64,000 nucleotides of DNA from Lama glama (Eukaryota). The stretch lies in assembly GCA_028534125.1 (NCBI GenBank), contig CM052817.1:19098001-19162000 (forward strand), read 5' to 3'. The position numbers and the translations under genes were made by a program. Below, piece by piece: positions 52,285-64,000 of the stretch (the stretch's first letter is position 1; every line of letters begins with the position of its first letter). A model generated the notes under the pieces. The model searched no databases. It had not been told where the DNA came from and saw nothing but the letters and a program-made list of their open reading frames with translations.

Positions 52285-52773
52285 TGTAAGGGAGGAAAAA
52301 TATTTTCTCTACCCTTCTTGCTTCTTTGGCTGGTCTAATAATGAAATTAACATAAGACAGATTAGCAGCGGAAAAACAAATCTAATTACGGACATAGTTA
52401 CAGGGGCTCCCTAAGAATATGGGACCCACAGACAGGCAGTTGAGGCTTATATGCTACCTTGAGCTGAGGAGGAGCCCACAGGCATCTGGAAGGGGAGGAA
52501 GACAATTCACAGGGAGATGTGAAGAGCAAAGGTTTGGTGAACCAGTGTTTTCCAGGCCGTGCAGAGGAGTTTTTCTGATGTAAAAAGAAGTTATCTTTGG
52601 TAATAGCTCACTTCCTGGCGCAGGCTCCATATCTATATTATTTTAGAAAATTAAGGAGCAGGTAAAAAGAAAAACTTCCTGAGTCTACTACTGATTCTCA
52701 AAAATAACCATCACAAAACAACCCTCATGCCTAAGAGCCACATTTTGGGGATGGCAGATTTTGTTCCTCTATA
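52285..52773 (-). mobile_element. ERV1 solo LTR (MER34/MER39-like)
   Basis: Minus strand begins ta(tg)tagaggaacaaaatctgccatccccaaaatgtggctcttaggcatg and ends ...cccttaca; near 4-bp TSD atgt/ctgt. Confidence 0.8.
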
Positions 52774-52954
52774 CTGTGTCATTTGGACATTTTTAGCTGA
52801 CGTGCTTACATTTTCTGGGTGTTACAAAAGAGTGGGAGGATCACGTGCTTCATAAATTTTTCTTACAATCATCATCATCATCATCATGGAGGCCAAGTCA
52901 TATCAGATGTTTTGCTAGTTGTTCCCCTGCTGTAGCTCAGTTAATCCTACAGCA

Positions 52955-53090
52955 TCAGTTTAGGTAGGTAGTTGCTAATTCCATTTTGGAGGGAGAAAAT
53001 AAAGAAGCTCAGAGAGGTTAAGCAACTTTCCTGAGATCTCACAGCCGGGAGATACAATCCCCGGTCTCCGATCACAGAGTACTTGTCCTT
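52955..53090 (-). mobile_element. MIR SINE
   Basis: ccattttggagggagaaa...gctcagagaggttaagcaactttcctgagatctcacagc. Confidence 0.8.
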
Positions 53091-56000
53091 TCCTCTGCAT
53101 TCCCAGACATGGAGAAGCCAGGCATCATCTAGAAAGGGGTGGGTGTGCACATTAAGTCTCTGGCACCTGCTCTGAGAACCAGAGGGGAGAGCCTCTGCTC
53201 TCTACTCACTCTGAGCCTGTGACGTTCCATAGGTGTTAAAAAGGTTTGCTGTTGGCCAGCCACTGAGGGGCAGTGATACACAGCGATCCGTTCACTGTGG
53301 CTGTGAGCAGTGAGTCATGGCAACTCCAAGTTCATTGCAAGGAAAAGAATTGAATCCTCTTGGTTTTATTTCTCAGTAGAGAACTGGAGCAGAAACAAAG
53401 CAGAACACTTCGTCTCCCCCCAGGATCTAGTTATACCTTTTACGAAGACAAACACATCACATTCAATTCTCCTTTCCCACTGCTGATGAGAGAGAAATAC
53501 ATTCAGAGGACCAACCAGAGCAGCCAGATGACTCTCACACAAAAATAAACTGTGGCTTTGTTTACAGATCTCTTTCTTGTCTTTACACACTGTCCTGCGC
53601 TCACAGAAACAAGCAAGTTAACATCTAGCATGAAAAGACATTCTCTTTGTGTGGCTAAAGTTTAAGATGTCAAACGGGCTATTATGTCTGAATGCTTGGC
53701 CTCCAGCCATTAGTGTGCTGGTAGCTAATGTCTTCCTAGCTCTATTAGCTCCAGATCCTTTGCATAATATCCTCAGATATTGCTTTTATGCTGGGCAAGG
53801 CTGGATGCAGGGAAATTGGCATTATAAAGGTTAGAGGGAAAATCTTTGCACTATAGTTGACATGCTGTATTGATCCAGTATGAAATCCAACCATTACGGA
53901 GACAGATGGGGGAGCTCTGAGACTCTCAATCCAAAAATTGCATCAGCTACTGCTGATGCTGCTGCACGTGCTGACAATAGCTTCAGCCTGAAAAGCAGGG
54001 TTTACATGCCTGAAATAAATTGTTTTGATTAGAACCTTTAGGAGAGAAAGTCATAAGGTACAGTTTTATTGACTACTTGCCAAACAACACAGACCCATGC
54101 ACTGTAAACTTGTTTTGCTCGTGTAAGTCAAGCACCAACTAGGCTTTTATTTTCTAAGGTTATGGACTTGGGGTATAATATATTATCATTTACTTTGAAT
54201 TACTGCAGCCATAGCTTCGGAGGAAGTGGAATTAATTCTCAACTATTGCTGACCTCCTTATATGTTTATTTATTAGTTGGTTTCTTTGTGGCAAGGATGC
54301 TCTAACTTTGTGTGATAAAAACTGCTTTGAGTACCTAGTAATCTGTTAATTGTTGTGGCCAACAAAGTGAGTTCAAAAAGCTGCCACTGGTCACTAAAAA
54401 AAAAATCGTTAAGAGAATATTCTTATAGCTAGCCACATTCATAATGCCTTCTCTCCTGTTCTGCTCTTTTTCTTCCCAGAAGCGTATTTTTTTTTTCCTG
54501 TAGAGAGCTCTCTCTTAATCTGTTGCTGTTTTTCAAAGACAAGACAATTCAGTGCAATCAACCAAACAAAATTTGGACAAATTGATGTAAAATGCAAAAT
54601 GAGAAGCCAGCATGTTTTGTTTTTTTTTTTCCGGAAGCTGGACCTGTGTTACATTATCTCCTAAGGAAGCAATTCATTGCGATGCTTTTTTTCCCAATGA
54701 AATACATGGAGATTCTTCTTTCTTACTTTCTTAGGCTGCTCGTATGGGTTTCAAAGTTGGCTATTACAGACAGACTTGAGCATACACAAGGTTTATTGTG
54801 TGTGCTATCTGTAATGACGCCATCCCGGTCTGTCTGTTGTGCCCACGCGAAAACAAACATCTTGCCAAGAGAGAAAATTGTGTGTATGTTTTTCATACTC
54901 ACACTTTTATGAGAACATAGAATTAAGGACAGAACTGAAAGGAAACCATATGTATTACCTCATCTGTTTTGTTACAGGCACTTTATTGCATGTTTTACAT
55001 ATATTATTTCATTTTATGTCAAATTTATCACAAAAATACAACAAGTATGTACTGCTATGCATATTAAGTATGAACTTTGGTTCATCAATCTTGTGGTATT
55101 TACTAATCCTACTCCCTTCTAACTTTGTGTCAGATTAATTAATCAATTAATAAAATGAATGTAGAACATAATGGCTTCCCTCTAGGAGTTTATAATCCAC
55201 TTGAGAGATATGAATCATTGCATCCCATTGTTAGCTAGGAAATGCTAAATGTCAAATGATTATTAAGGCTATGCAACAAGATATCAATAAGGGCCAGATA
55301 TTGCTGGATGAATAGAACAATAATTTATTAAATATAACAAATGCCTATTAAAAAAGGACATGTATTAATTAAAATGATAACACCAGTATATACGACTAAC
55401 ATTTGACCAATGGCTCTCCTTATTTCATAAATTATTCTTAGTCTGTGCTGACACCACCAGATTTCAAAGTGGTGAGATCGAGGGTCTCAATTTTTAATAA
55501 CTCATTTGAATGACAAGTTGCCTAGCTTTCAACTTATATGCTGTAGGAGAGATAAAGGTGGAATTAAATCTGCTAGCATCTGCATCTTGGATTTTGGGGT
55601 TAGCTCTGAAATACAGAACCACAAGTGATAATTTTCAATAAGTAAGTTGCATTACCAGCCACTCACAGATGCTAATGGCAAAGTACCTCTCATTATTCTA
55701 AATGACATAAACACAGTACTGCTGTCATTTATACCATGGAGATTTTTCTCATCATCATTATTATAAGATAAATTAAAAAGATTATTAAGAGAAATGAGTC
55801 AACATTTCTTTATATGCCAAAAATGGCAGCTGTGATCATACGGGGTTCACTTATGTAGACAACTTACCTCATCCAGTCATGTTCTGGGATTCTGAAACTG
55901 TTGTACACAGCCACACTGAAAGACTTAAATGCTGTCCGTCTGCTCTTAAGCAGCCAGGAGGGTCATAAGCATTGAGAGAAATGCAGCATCATTTGTTACC

Positions 56001-56479
56001 TCTGTCTCTTCCACTGTGTGTTTGAGAGGAAGTATTGGCACTTACTTTGCAACAGATTTGATCTTCTGTTCTCTGAGGGAATGCTGTCACCGGTATTATT
56101 TACTCCCTGAGCAACAAATCCTCATAAATTATAATGGTTCTCCAGACAGCCATTTCCAAATTTAATCAGGGATGATTTCCTTGCTTTTTTCAATTATCTC
56201 CAAATTATATTCAGGCACTGTAATAGATTAAGTCCTGTACCTTATTTATTCCAGACACAGGACTACAATAAGCTTCCCACCTAAAAGGAAGAATGCAGCT
56301 GAAGATACATCTAGCCTACTGAGAAAAACACTACTCCTCATGCCTTAAACTATGTAAGTGATACAAGCGATTCTCGGTCATCCTGTGTGTCAAGACCCTC
56401 TATTACTTCCCATGGACAACACCCACCATCCAAATAACCAATAATCATAGAACGTTAGCACCAACTAGAGCCTTATCCC

Positions 56480-56715
56480 TATTGCACAGGTTTTGAAGAC
56501 AGACAGACCTGAATCGGTGTTCTGCCTCCACCATTTACTGGATGTATACCCACGAGAATGTTTTACCTTCTCTAGGACTCAGTTTCTTCAAATGTAAGGC
56601 AGACTAATACTAATAACTCTCTCACTCATTTATCATTGGATTAAATGATACAATAGATATAAATAATATAGAGAAGTCTAGGTACAGTAAGGACTCAGTA
56701 AATAATGGCTATTGT
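56480..56715 (+). mobile_element. MIR SINE
   Basis: ttttgaagacagacagacctg...ctcagtttcttcaaatgtaa...ttaaatgata...ggtacagtaaggactcagtaaataatggctatt. Confidence 0.8.
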
Positions 56716-57834
56716 AAACAGACCACCTTTCTGCTCTTTTTAAATGAAGTAGCTTAACCTGAAATAATTTAAGTAACTGCCAAGGACCATATTAAGAATT
56801 GGCATAGCCTCAGGTTTTGAGCATATGTCTCCAATTCTGGACCACTTCCTATTAAACTTTTGGCTGCGGCAGTTTGCATTATGTCAGACTCTCAAATGTA
56901 GATAATTCCCTCAGCGTCTTACTCATTGTCTAGTGGCGATCCTACCATGTTTGCGCCATTTTGTTCAAGTAAGGTTATAGAGGCATGGTGGCCCATCACC
57001 TCCGGCTGTTGCCCTAAGAGTGTCTGGTGACATTTTAGGCTTATCAGAAACTGCTTTTACCTTCAGACATCGTGCTGCTGTTGGACACTAATGCTGGATG
57101 AAGTTGAGATGCCTCAAAAATCAATAGTCAGCAAGACTGAACTTACGTTAATAGGCTAAGTAAAGGCCCCTGAAACAAGGGCTAAGAGTAAGGGAGTCTC
57201 AAGGAATTTAAAGAATAACATTTCTCTTCCCAAGGTGGAGCCTGAGGAGAAGACCACAAGCTGGAAGTTGTATTTGATTTATTTTTGTATCATGCTTATT
57301 ATATCTGGGAGCTAAAAGTGGGAGACACCAAAGAAATATGTGAACAGGCAGACTGAAAGCTAAGTACACACAACTATACTGATCTCTTTCTTTTTAAACA
57401 ATTAGATTAGCTACTAGTCGAAAATGCAAGAAGCAGATATTAATATTTTTTAAATAAAGGTAACAATTTATAATTTGATCATCTCAATTCTTCTGAATTT
57501 TAAGACTGAGGAAGTCAAATAAGTAAGTTTTTAAAAAATAGGCCCAAATTCAGAAAATATTAAGAATGAAAAAAATATATGCAAAAAATCACTAGTTTTG
57601 ACATGCTGTAGTAGGTTAAGTTGAGCAAAATTATAAAATATTTGCATTCTAGCCTTGTGTTATCAATTTTGGCTTTGGGATTATATTATATTTTGAACCC
57701 ATTTAACTTGTTAGGGAAAAAGGTAATATTCAATCCTTTCCAAATAAGAAATGATTCAAAGTATATAGACTTTCAAGCTTTGAAGTCATTGTGTTCATCT
57801 ATAAATCTATAAAAAATACATTTTGGGGGGGGTG

Positions 57835-57978
57835 TTGTTTTTGTTTGTTTGTCTTTATTTTTCTTTTTGAGCGGGGTGTAATCTGATTTACTTATTTTTG
57901 GAGGAGGTACTGGGGATTGAACCCAGGACCTTGTGCATGCTAAACACACTCTCTACCACTTGAGCTATACCCTCCCCC
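57835..57978 (-). mobile_element. tRNA-Ala-derived SINE (camelid vic-1-like)
   Basis: Minus strand: gggggagggtatagctcaagtggtagag...tagcatgcacaaggtcctgggttcaatccccagtacctcc, close to tRNA-Ala(AGC), followed by an A-rich tail. Confidence 0.88.
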
Positions 57979-59086
57979 TTGCATGTTTGTAAATAGCTGT
58001 TTGCATATGTGAGTTGATGAACACTGATAGGCATTGAAAGTGGTATATTGAAAGATAAATGGGTATGTATAAAAAGAGCTGGAGTCTCTGCTGTATCCCA
58101 ATAAATGACACTTCTCTTCCTTGCCCAGATGTTTTAAATTGATGTCTAAAAGGAAATGGACATTGAGGCCAAATATCATCTCATCTACTAAGCTGGAAAA
58201 AGTCAGTTCGTGTTGGAGCTAAGAGGTTCTGCTAAATCACCCCCCAAGACAGAATAGATGCAAAATAGAATAGACGTGTCATCCCGTCACTATGGAGTTC
58301 TTTAGTCTCATTACAACTCTTACGATTCTATCTGATAGATTTCACTCTTCCTAAATCTTTAGCAATGTCATTAACCCTGGAATGACTGATACACAATCAA
58401 GAACATGAAAATAAGTGATATTTTTACAGAAAAGTGAAACAATGTATCTTAATAATTCAATCCAATAAGAGCTAGATTTTGCCTCAAACATCTTGCCATC
58501 TCAAAGTCTATGGTACAGCAGTGTCCATTTGGTGTCCATTTTTCACTTAGCTTAACAATTGTCTGCATGTGTATTGCTCATACAGCATCTACCTTGCACT
58601 GATAGTCCACCCAAGCAGTATAGATATGTCACATCTGTTTAACTTTAATGAGCTTTACATACAACATAAAAGATGATTTCTATATCTGCCATGCTCTTGC
58701 AATTGAATATGACAACCACAGATTTAATAAGCCTTAAATGCTTCACTTTTGTTTTCTATTTTATACTTTTCGTAATGTTGCACATTTGAAACTCATCCTT
58801 TCTGCCAGTCAAAAGAATGTCTATTAGGAGATAAGTTTCCTATCTCAGCATTGTTTTTAACAGAGTACTATCTTGTTGTCTCTATTCCAAATCTCACCTG
58901 CGGAATAATGGAGTTTTATTGCAATTAATCTTAGTAAAGCAGCATAGCTTTCCTCATTGCCTTTAATGCCTTTTCTCCCCTTTTCTCAACCCATAAAACA
59001 TACAAGAGAAGCAAAGGCCCTTGAGGACAGACTATAGGGGCAACTATTATATTAGTTTTTTAGATTATTGTAATGTTTTGTATGTA

Positions 59087-59524
59087 TTTTACTGAAGTAT
59101 AGTCAGTTTACAATGTTATATCAATTTCTGGTGTACAACATAATGTTTCAGTCATACATATACATACATATATTCCTTTTCACATTCTTTTTCACTGTAG
59201 GTTACTATGAGATATTGAATATAGTTCCCTGTGCTGTACAGTATAAACTTGTTCATCTGTTTTATGTATAGTAGTTAGTATCTACAAATCTTTTTTTTTA
59301 TAATTTTTTATTGAGTTATAGTTAGTTTACAATGTTGTATCAATTTCTGGTGTACAGCACAATGCTTCAGTCATACATGAACATACATATATTTGTTTTC
59401 ATATTCTTTTTCACCATAGGTTACTACGAGATACTGAATGTAGTTCCCCGTGCTATACAATATGAACTTGTTATTTATCTACTTTATATATATTAGTTAG
59501 TATTTGCAAATCTCAGACTCCCAA
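59087..59524 (-). mobile_element. Two tandem or nested copies of a young L1 3'-terminal (3' UTR) fragment
   Basis: 59087-59290 and 59291-59524 share tttacaatgtt..atcaatttctggtgtaca...taggttacta.gagata.tgaat.tagttccc.gtgct; the second starts with poly-T. Confidence 0.85.
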
Positions 59525-62500
59525 AGGGTACCATCTCTGTTGCACATCCTGGTTCTTCCTCTGAGCACATACCCAGCACAGCAGATAAAGGGATCTAGAG
59601 TTATATGATTAGCTGTTAAGCATTTAATGACAATGGCTAAAGCATTTATTAATTTGTTTCCTTTTGTAATACAGTTAAAGAAATGCTCATGTGAGAAGGT
59701 GATGTGAAGCAGCAATTATCCTATCACTGTTCACTCTGACAGTCAAACTGAGACTACATGGTCAAAACTGAAAATACTTGAATAGTTCATCTACCTCATT
59801 CCAAATATAGGCATGTTTAGAAAGCTCAAGAAGTTAGTGTTATTATCATTATTTTTTAATTCTAGTAAAGAAAAGTTCCTCCAGTAAAGTAAAATATGGG
59901 GCTGTCCTTAGATTCAGTTTTGATCACAGGAGGAAGAGACACTGTTCTCATTGATGAGATTGAAAGAATTAACAAGTGTGAACCAGTTCTCTCTCTCTCT
60001 GATACACCTGCTGAAGGACAGCACATACTCTCTGCATCACCTTCCTTAAAACTTTACAGGGGCAGGACCCCATGGAGAAGTCTTGTAAGTTCCCAGCACC
60101 AGTTAAAACCAGAGGGGCAAGTTCAGTTTCAGGAGGTAGCCTGAGCAAGCCCACGTGGCTAACAGAGAGAAAGAGATTTTCTCCAATTTAGGCTTTATCA
60201 GTATTGGTGGTGCTCTTTTGATCTCCACTTATTTGATTCCTGTGTCTCTTAAGTGACTCCAACTTGAGCAGGAAAAAAAAGGGTTGCTATTTACTGTTCT
60301 CTCCTCAAGCTACAATAATAGCTTACACTTACTGATGCTTCATTTATTTGAATTTTATAAATTTATATTGCTCATAAACTCCACGGAATTATGAGTCAGT
60401 GTTTCACAAACACTTAATTATTTACCTCTACAGCAAAGTTATAGTTTTCATTATATTTTAATAGCTTTATTAACTTTTCATTACTTAGATAAAATTGAAC
60501 ATTAATAAAATCTCAAACAATGATCATAGATAGGAAACTTAAGTGACAACAAGCTACAAGAAATGCAGAAGAAATTAACTTAAATAAATCTAAATTTACT
60601 GAAAGATTTGGAAGCCAGGAGTGTGAATTGCTTTTTTATGTGTTTTAATTAGGTCCACTTCCAGGAAAACACAGTACTACTAGATTTTTAGTAGAAAGAA
60701 TTCCAAGGTTTTCAATCTTTGAATATTATTGGAAAATTTCCATTTTTTCCCAGTTTTCCTAGAACAGCTTAGAATCATTATCCTGACATTTCCCAGATTT
60801 TTTTTTGTAAATTCAGTCATATAGACAAAGTTTCTGCTACATAACATTTTAGTGCCAGAATGTATCTGGGTACAAACCAGTTTCAAAGATCTTTAATATG
60901 TCTTTGTTCGATTCATTGATAAATTAATCATCAGGAAGTGAAATGATTTCTTTTACCCACAGCCACTATTTACCGCTCTTCCTCAAGAACATTTATTTAG
61001 GGTATGTATCTTGGTTTTCCATTTTTTTTCAGCCTTTGTATTGTATTTATCACACTTTATTTTACTTTTAAACTAATCCTTGCTGCCATCCTCCCAAAAA
61101 AATCGGGAAACAGAGAGAAAAGAGGAGTTTTCAGATTCCCTTGACTCCCTGGTGTATTTTTCGTCCTTCAGATATAAAGTGATACATTATCTGTAGGCCA
61201 AGTGCTTTGAGTTCATTTTCTATTTATGAAAATCCAAGCATGCAAATATCCCTGTGCTCTCAGAAATGCAAGCTCAATTTAAGCTATGTCACTGAGGAAC
61301 AAAGGCAATTAAATTAGCCTTCCCTGTTCTCCTTGATGGCTTTCTCCTGACCATACCACTTCACTGATGATTTGTCTCAAAAATCATGTCAAGAGAGCTC
61401 AAGATCAAACTCCTTTGGTACTCACCATCATGAATAAACTCACTTCATCTCTGGAAGAAAATGTCTTGGGTAGGACGGACTTATTTATGTTCCACTCCGA
61501 TGAAAACTTTCCTCGGGAGCCCTGGACCATCTTCATTAGCACTGATGTACTCTCACTCCAGACTTAAACTTTCATTTCCACTTTAAATGTCATGGAGGTG
61601 ACCTTCTCTATGGAAACATAGTGATTAGAACAACTAAACACGCTTAATATCACCTTCAGTTTTCTTTCGCTGATGCTCATCCTTCTCCACCGTAAGACAT
61701 TCGAACTGTCAAAGGATCTCAGCAAAGAGAATAGATAAAATGGCCGCGTCATTTCTTGACTAACATGCAACCATTCAGTTACTAATACAGTTTCAGGCAA
61801 TGCCCTGAATGGGAAGTTACTTAACTAGAATTGGGGAATGGTATCTAAGCTCTCCAGTTAATGTAGTAAACAAGTGGAGGAATGCAGTTTTAAAAATCCA
61901 GAATGTTAATTGTGAATAATCTTAGAATTCTATTCTGAGTGCTTTGTCTTAGAAAGGCTTATTGTTCAGGTCTGTGTAGACAATTTTATATAGCCAGTAC
62001 AGACCAAAATGCTTCATCCTAACAGCATTTGTTGATTTATGTAACATTTTTCAGGTGAAAGATTTTTTTTTATCTTTTCTAAATATTTTGATAAAATAGC
62101 TTCATTCCATGTCCCAGTAGTCTGAGAGTACTTGTCTTCTCTGATGTCTGAGAAGCAATTATAAAATACGAAAAATGTGATCAAACCCATCAAGACATAC
62201 CCCTTCATTGCAAAACCAGGCAAATGCACACGGATCAGATAAGCATACTGCTATTATTCTGGTAGATTTATGTTTGAAAAACTGGTTATTTTTATCATAT
62301 GGGTTTATGTGATTCTTTTTTTCATTTTAAGAATAACAGAGGTAATGACTTTTGGATGATAATGAAAAGCCATCGTTCATGCTGAGAATCCATATTCATA
62401 CAATGGAAAAAAATGTGAATGAAATTCTAAGCATTGCTTTGAGTTGAATCAAAGAATGCTAAAATGCTTCACTGTCACTTTTTTAAAACCTTTTTGAGCC

Positions 62501-64000
62501 AACCTGTGCAAAATAGCAGGAAGATATGTCAACCTAGAGACACTGTCCATCAGACTATGGCATAGTACAAGTATCTGGTAAATATATTAGAGCCCCGTGG
62601 GGAATCACTTGGGGCATTGACACTTTATATTTTGGCACTTATGCTAAAGGTAAAATGTTAAATGAAACTCATGCAGGTAGCCATATATTTCTTGCAAGAC
62701 CTGAATTATCTGGGGAATGATGAAGCTGAATGACCAAGAGAGCAGTAGTAGGTATTTAATGAATCTTCTCTACAGGATTACACTAGTCTTGGACCTCTTC
62801 TCCCTTTCTTGCTCAAAGGGGCCATTCCTAGGGATACCAGGAATGGCTGACAGTTCTGCTAACTGTACACAGTTGGAGAAGGAACATCGCTAAATTCTTC
62901 TGCCCTGTCTTCTAAGAGTTCATTCTTTCAAGCAGCAGTGTTAGCAATTCACTTCAGTTTTGAGGAAATCCGTTTTTGTTACCGGACTACCCTGTTCTCA
63001 GAAATCCCTTTAGATTGTCAATAGGAAAGGCCCATTTGGGGTTCAGTCAATGCGTAAAGGAGGTTTTTCAGTCAGGAGATTCTTACCTTTCAACAGAGCT
63101 ACTGTCCCACCTCTCTTTTCCCAGGCAATTCCCGGGCTCTCTCTTACAGTTGTATTGTTTGAAAACCATTACCCCTCAGTAATGGTATGAGGACTGTGAT
63201 CTGAAACTTGACTGTAACCATTTCAAAGTGCTAATGTTAGTGGTAATGCCCCCTCAGTGACTAAAGGAACACCAACTGAATTGAAATGTTCTCTTGTTAA
63301 TGGGAAAAAAAAAAAAACCACTCTACAGCTCCAGGGAGAATGAGCAACAATGACTCTTACGATGGCGAGAACAGCAGGGAGCTCTCCTGTACATACCAGT
63401 TGAAAAAATCATATCTTGGTCATATTGGGGATGAATTTCTATTAAGGGGTGATTTGGGTCTCTATGCTATATACTTTTGGACTCTCAAGAGGAATGAAAA
63501 TACCTCCCTGGGAAACCTAGGTGCCATTAAGTAAAAGACATTTAAATGGCCAGGGGTACAAATATGACACATTTCCTAACATGTCAGAACAGAATCAGAA
63601 TTTGACATTAACCTCCAAAAGGCATTAATTCAGAAACCCATTTTTAATCAACTTGGCTATCTCCATATGTCTATTTTTATATGTTTTGCCTGTTACCCTA
63701 ATTTAGAGTCATTTTGACAAAGGTGCTGTTTTGGGTTTCCATTTCTGGTCCCTCTCTATGCCTTTGTATTTTCTGTCTTTTTAATTTCAATTGTAATCGA
63801 AACCAGATATGAGAATAAGTATAACAGATTGTGCCTTGTACACAACTGGAATTCAACAAGTGCTGACTGTTTCTTACAAATACATGTCATATCATTCTTG
63901 TGATTAATTGTGATCTCACAATTACAATAGTAGCTTATTTGACTTTAGATCAAAAATCAGTATTCTGGAGGGATCAGATCACTTGCTAGAGTGGCATCAA

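Noticed and set aside
53255..53280. CTCF-like motif ccactgaggggcag
   Set aside because: Mismatch at the core AG positions of the CTCF consensus; not supportable from sequence alone.
57901..57978. tRNA-Ala gene (also 51003-51080)
   Set aside because: Acceptor and anticodon stems are degraded, an A-rich tail follows, and one copy has a TSD; these are SINEs, not tRNA genes.
63087..63205. Minus-strand coding exon ending AAG|GTAAGA
   Set aside because: All three frames contain stops; at most a non-coding exon.

Overview
AT-rich, CpG-depleted mammalian genomic DNA, probably from a camelid: two tRNA-Ala-derived SINEs resemble the tylopod vic-1 type. It reads as intergenic or deep-intronic sequence. 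I recognise no protein-coding gene, RNA gene, prokaryotic feature or CRISPR array, and the listed ORFs are short, mostly chance or repeat-derived. The window is a mosaic of decayed transposable elements: L1 pieces of several ages, L2, L3/CR1, MIR, MaLR LTRs (MLT1), ERV1-type solo LTRs, the hAT-derived MITEs MER20 and MER53, and microsatellites. Repeat-family names come from recalled consensus sequences, not a RepeatMasker run, so subfamilies and old boundaries are approximate. I cannot support a new biological system. The best directly visible oddities are structural: a perfect 38-bp palindrome beside (GT)14, a tail-only retro-insertion with a perfect 16-bp TSD, two related LTRs back-to-back 38 bp apart, a young solo LTR with a duplicated terminus, an L1 with both ends but no ORFs, and about 500 bp of CpG-containing foreign sequence inside an old L1. 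A few speculative ancient RT remnants and exon-like units are listed at low confidence.
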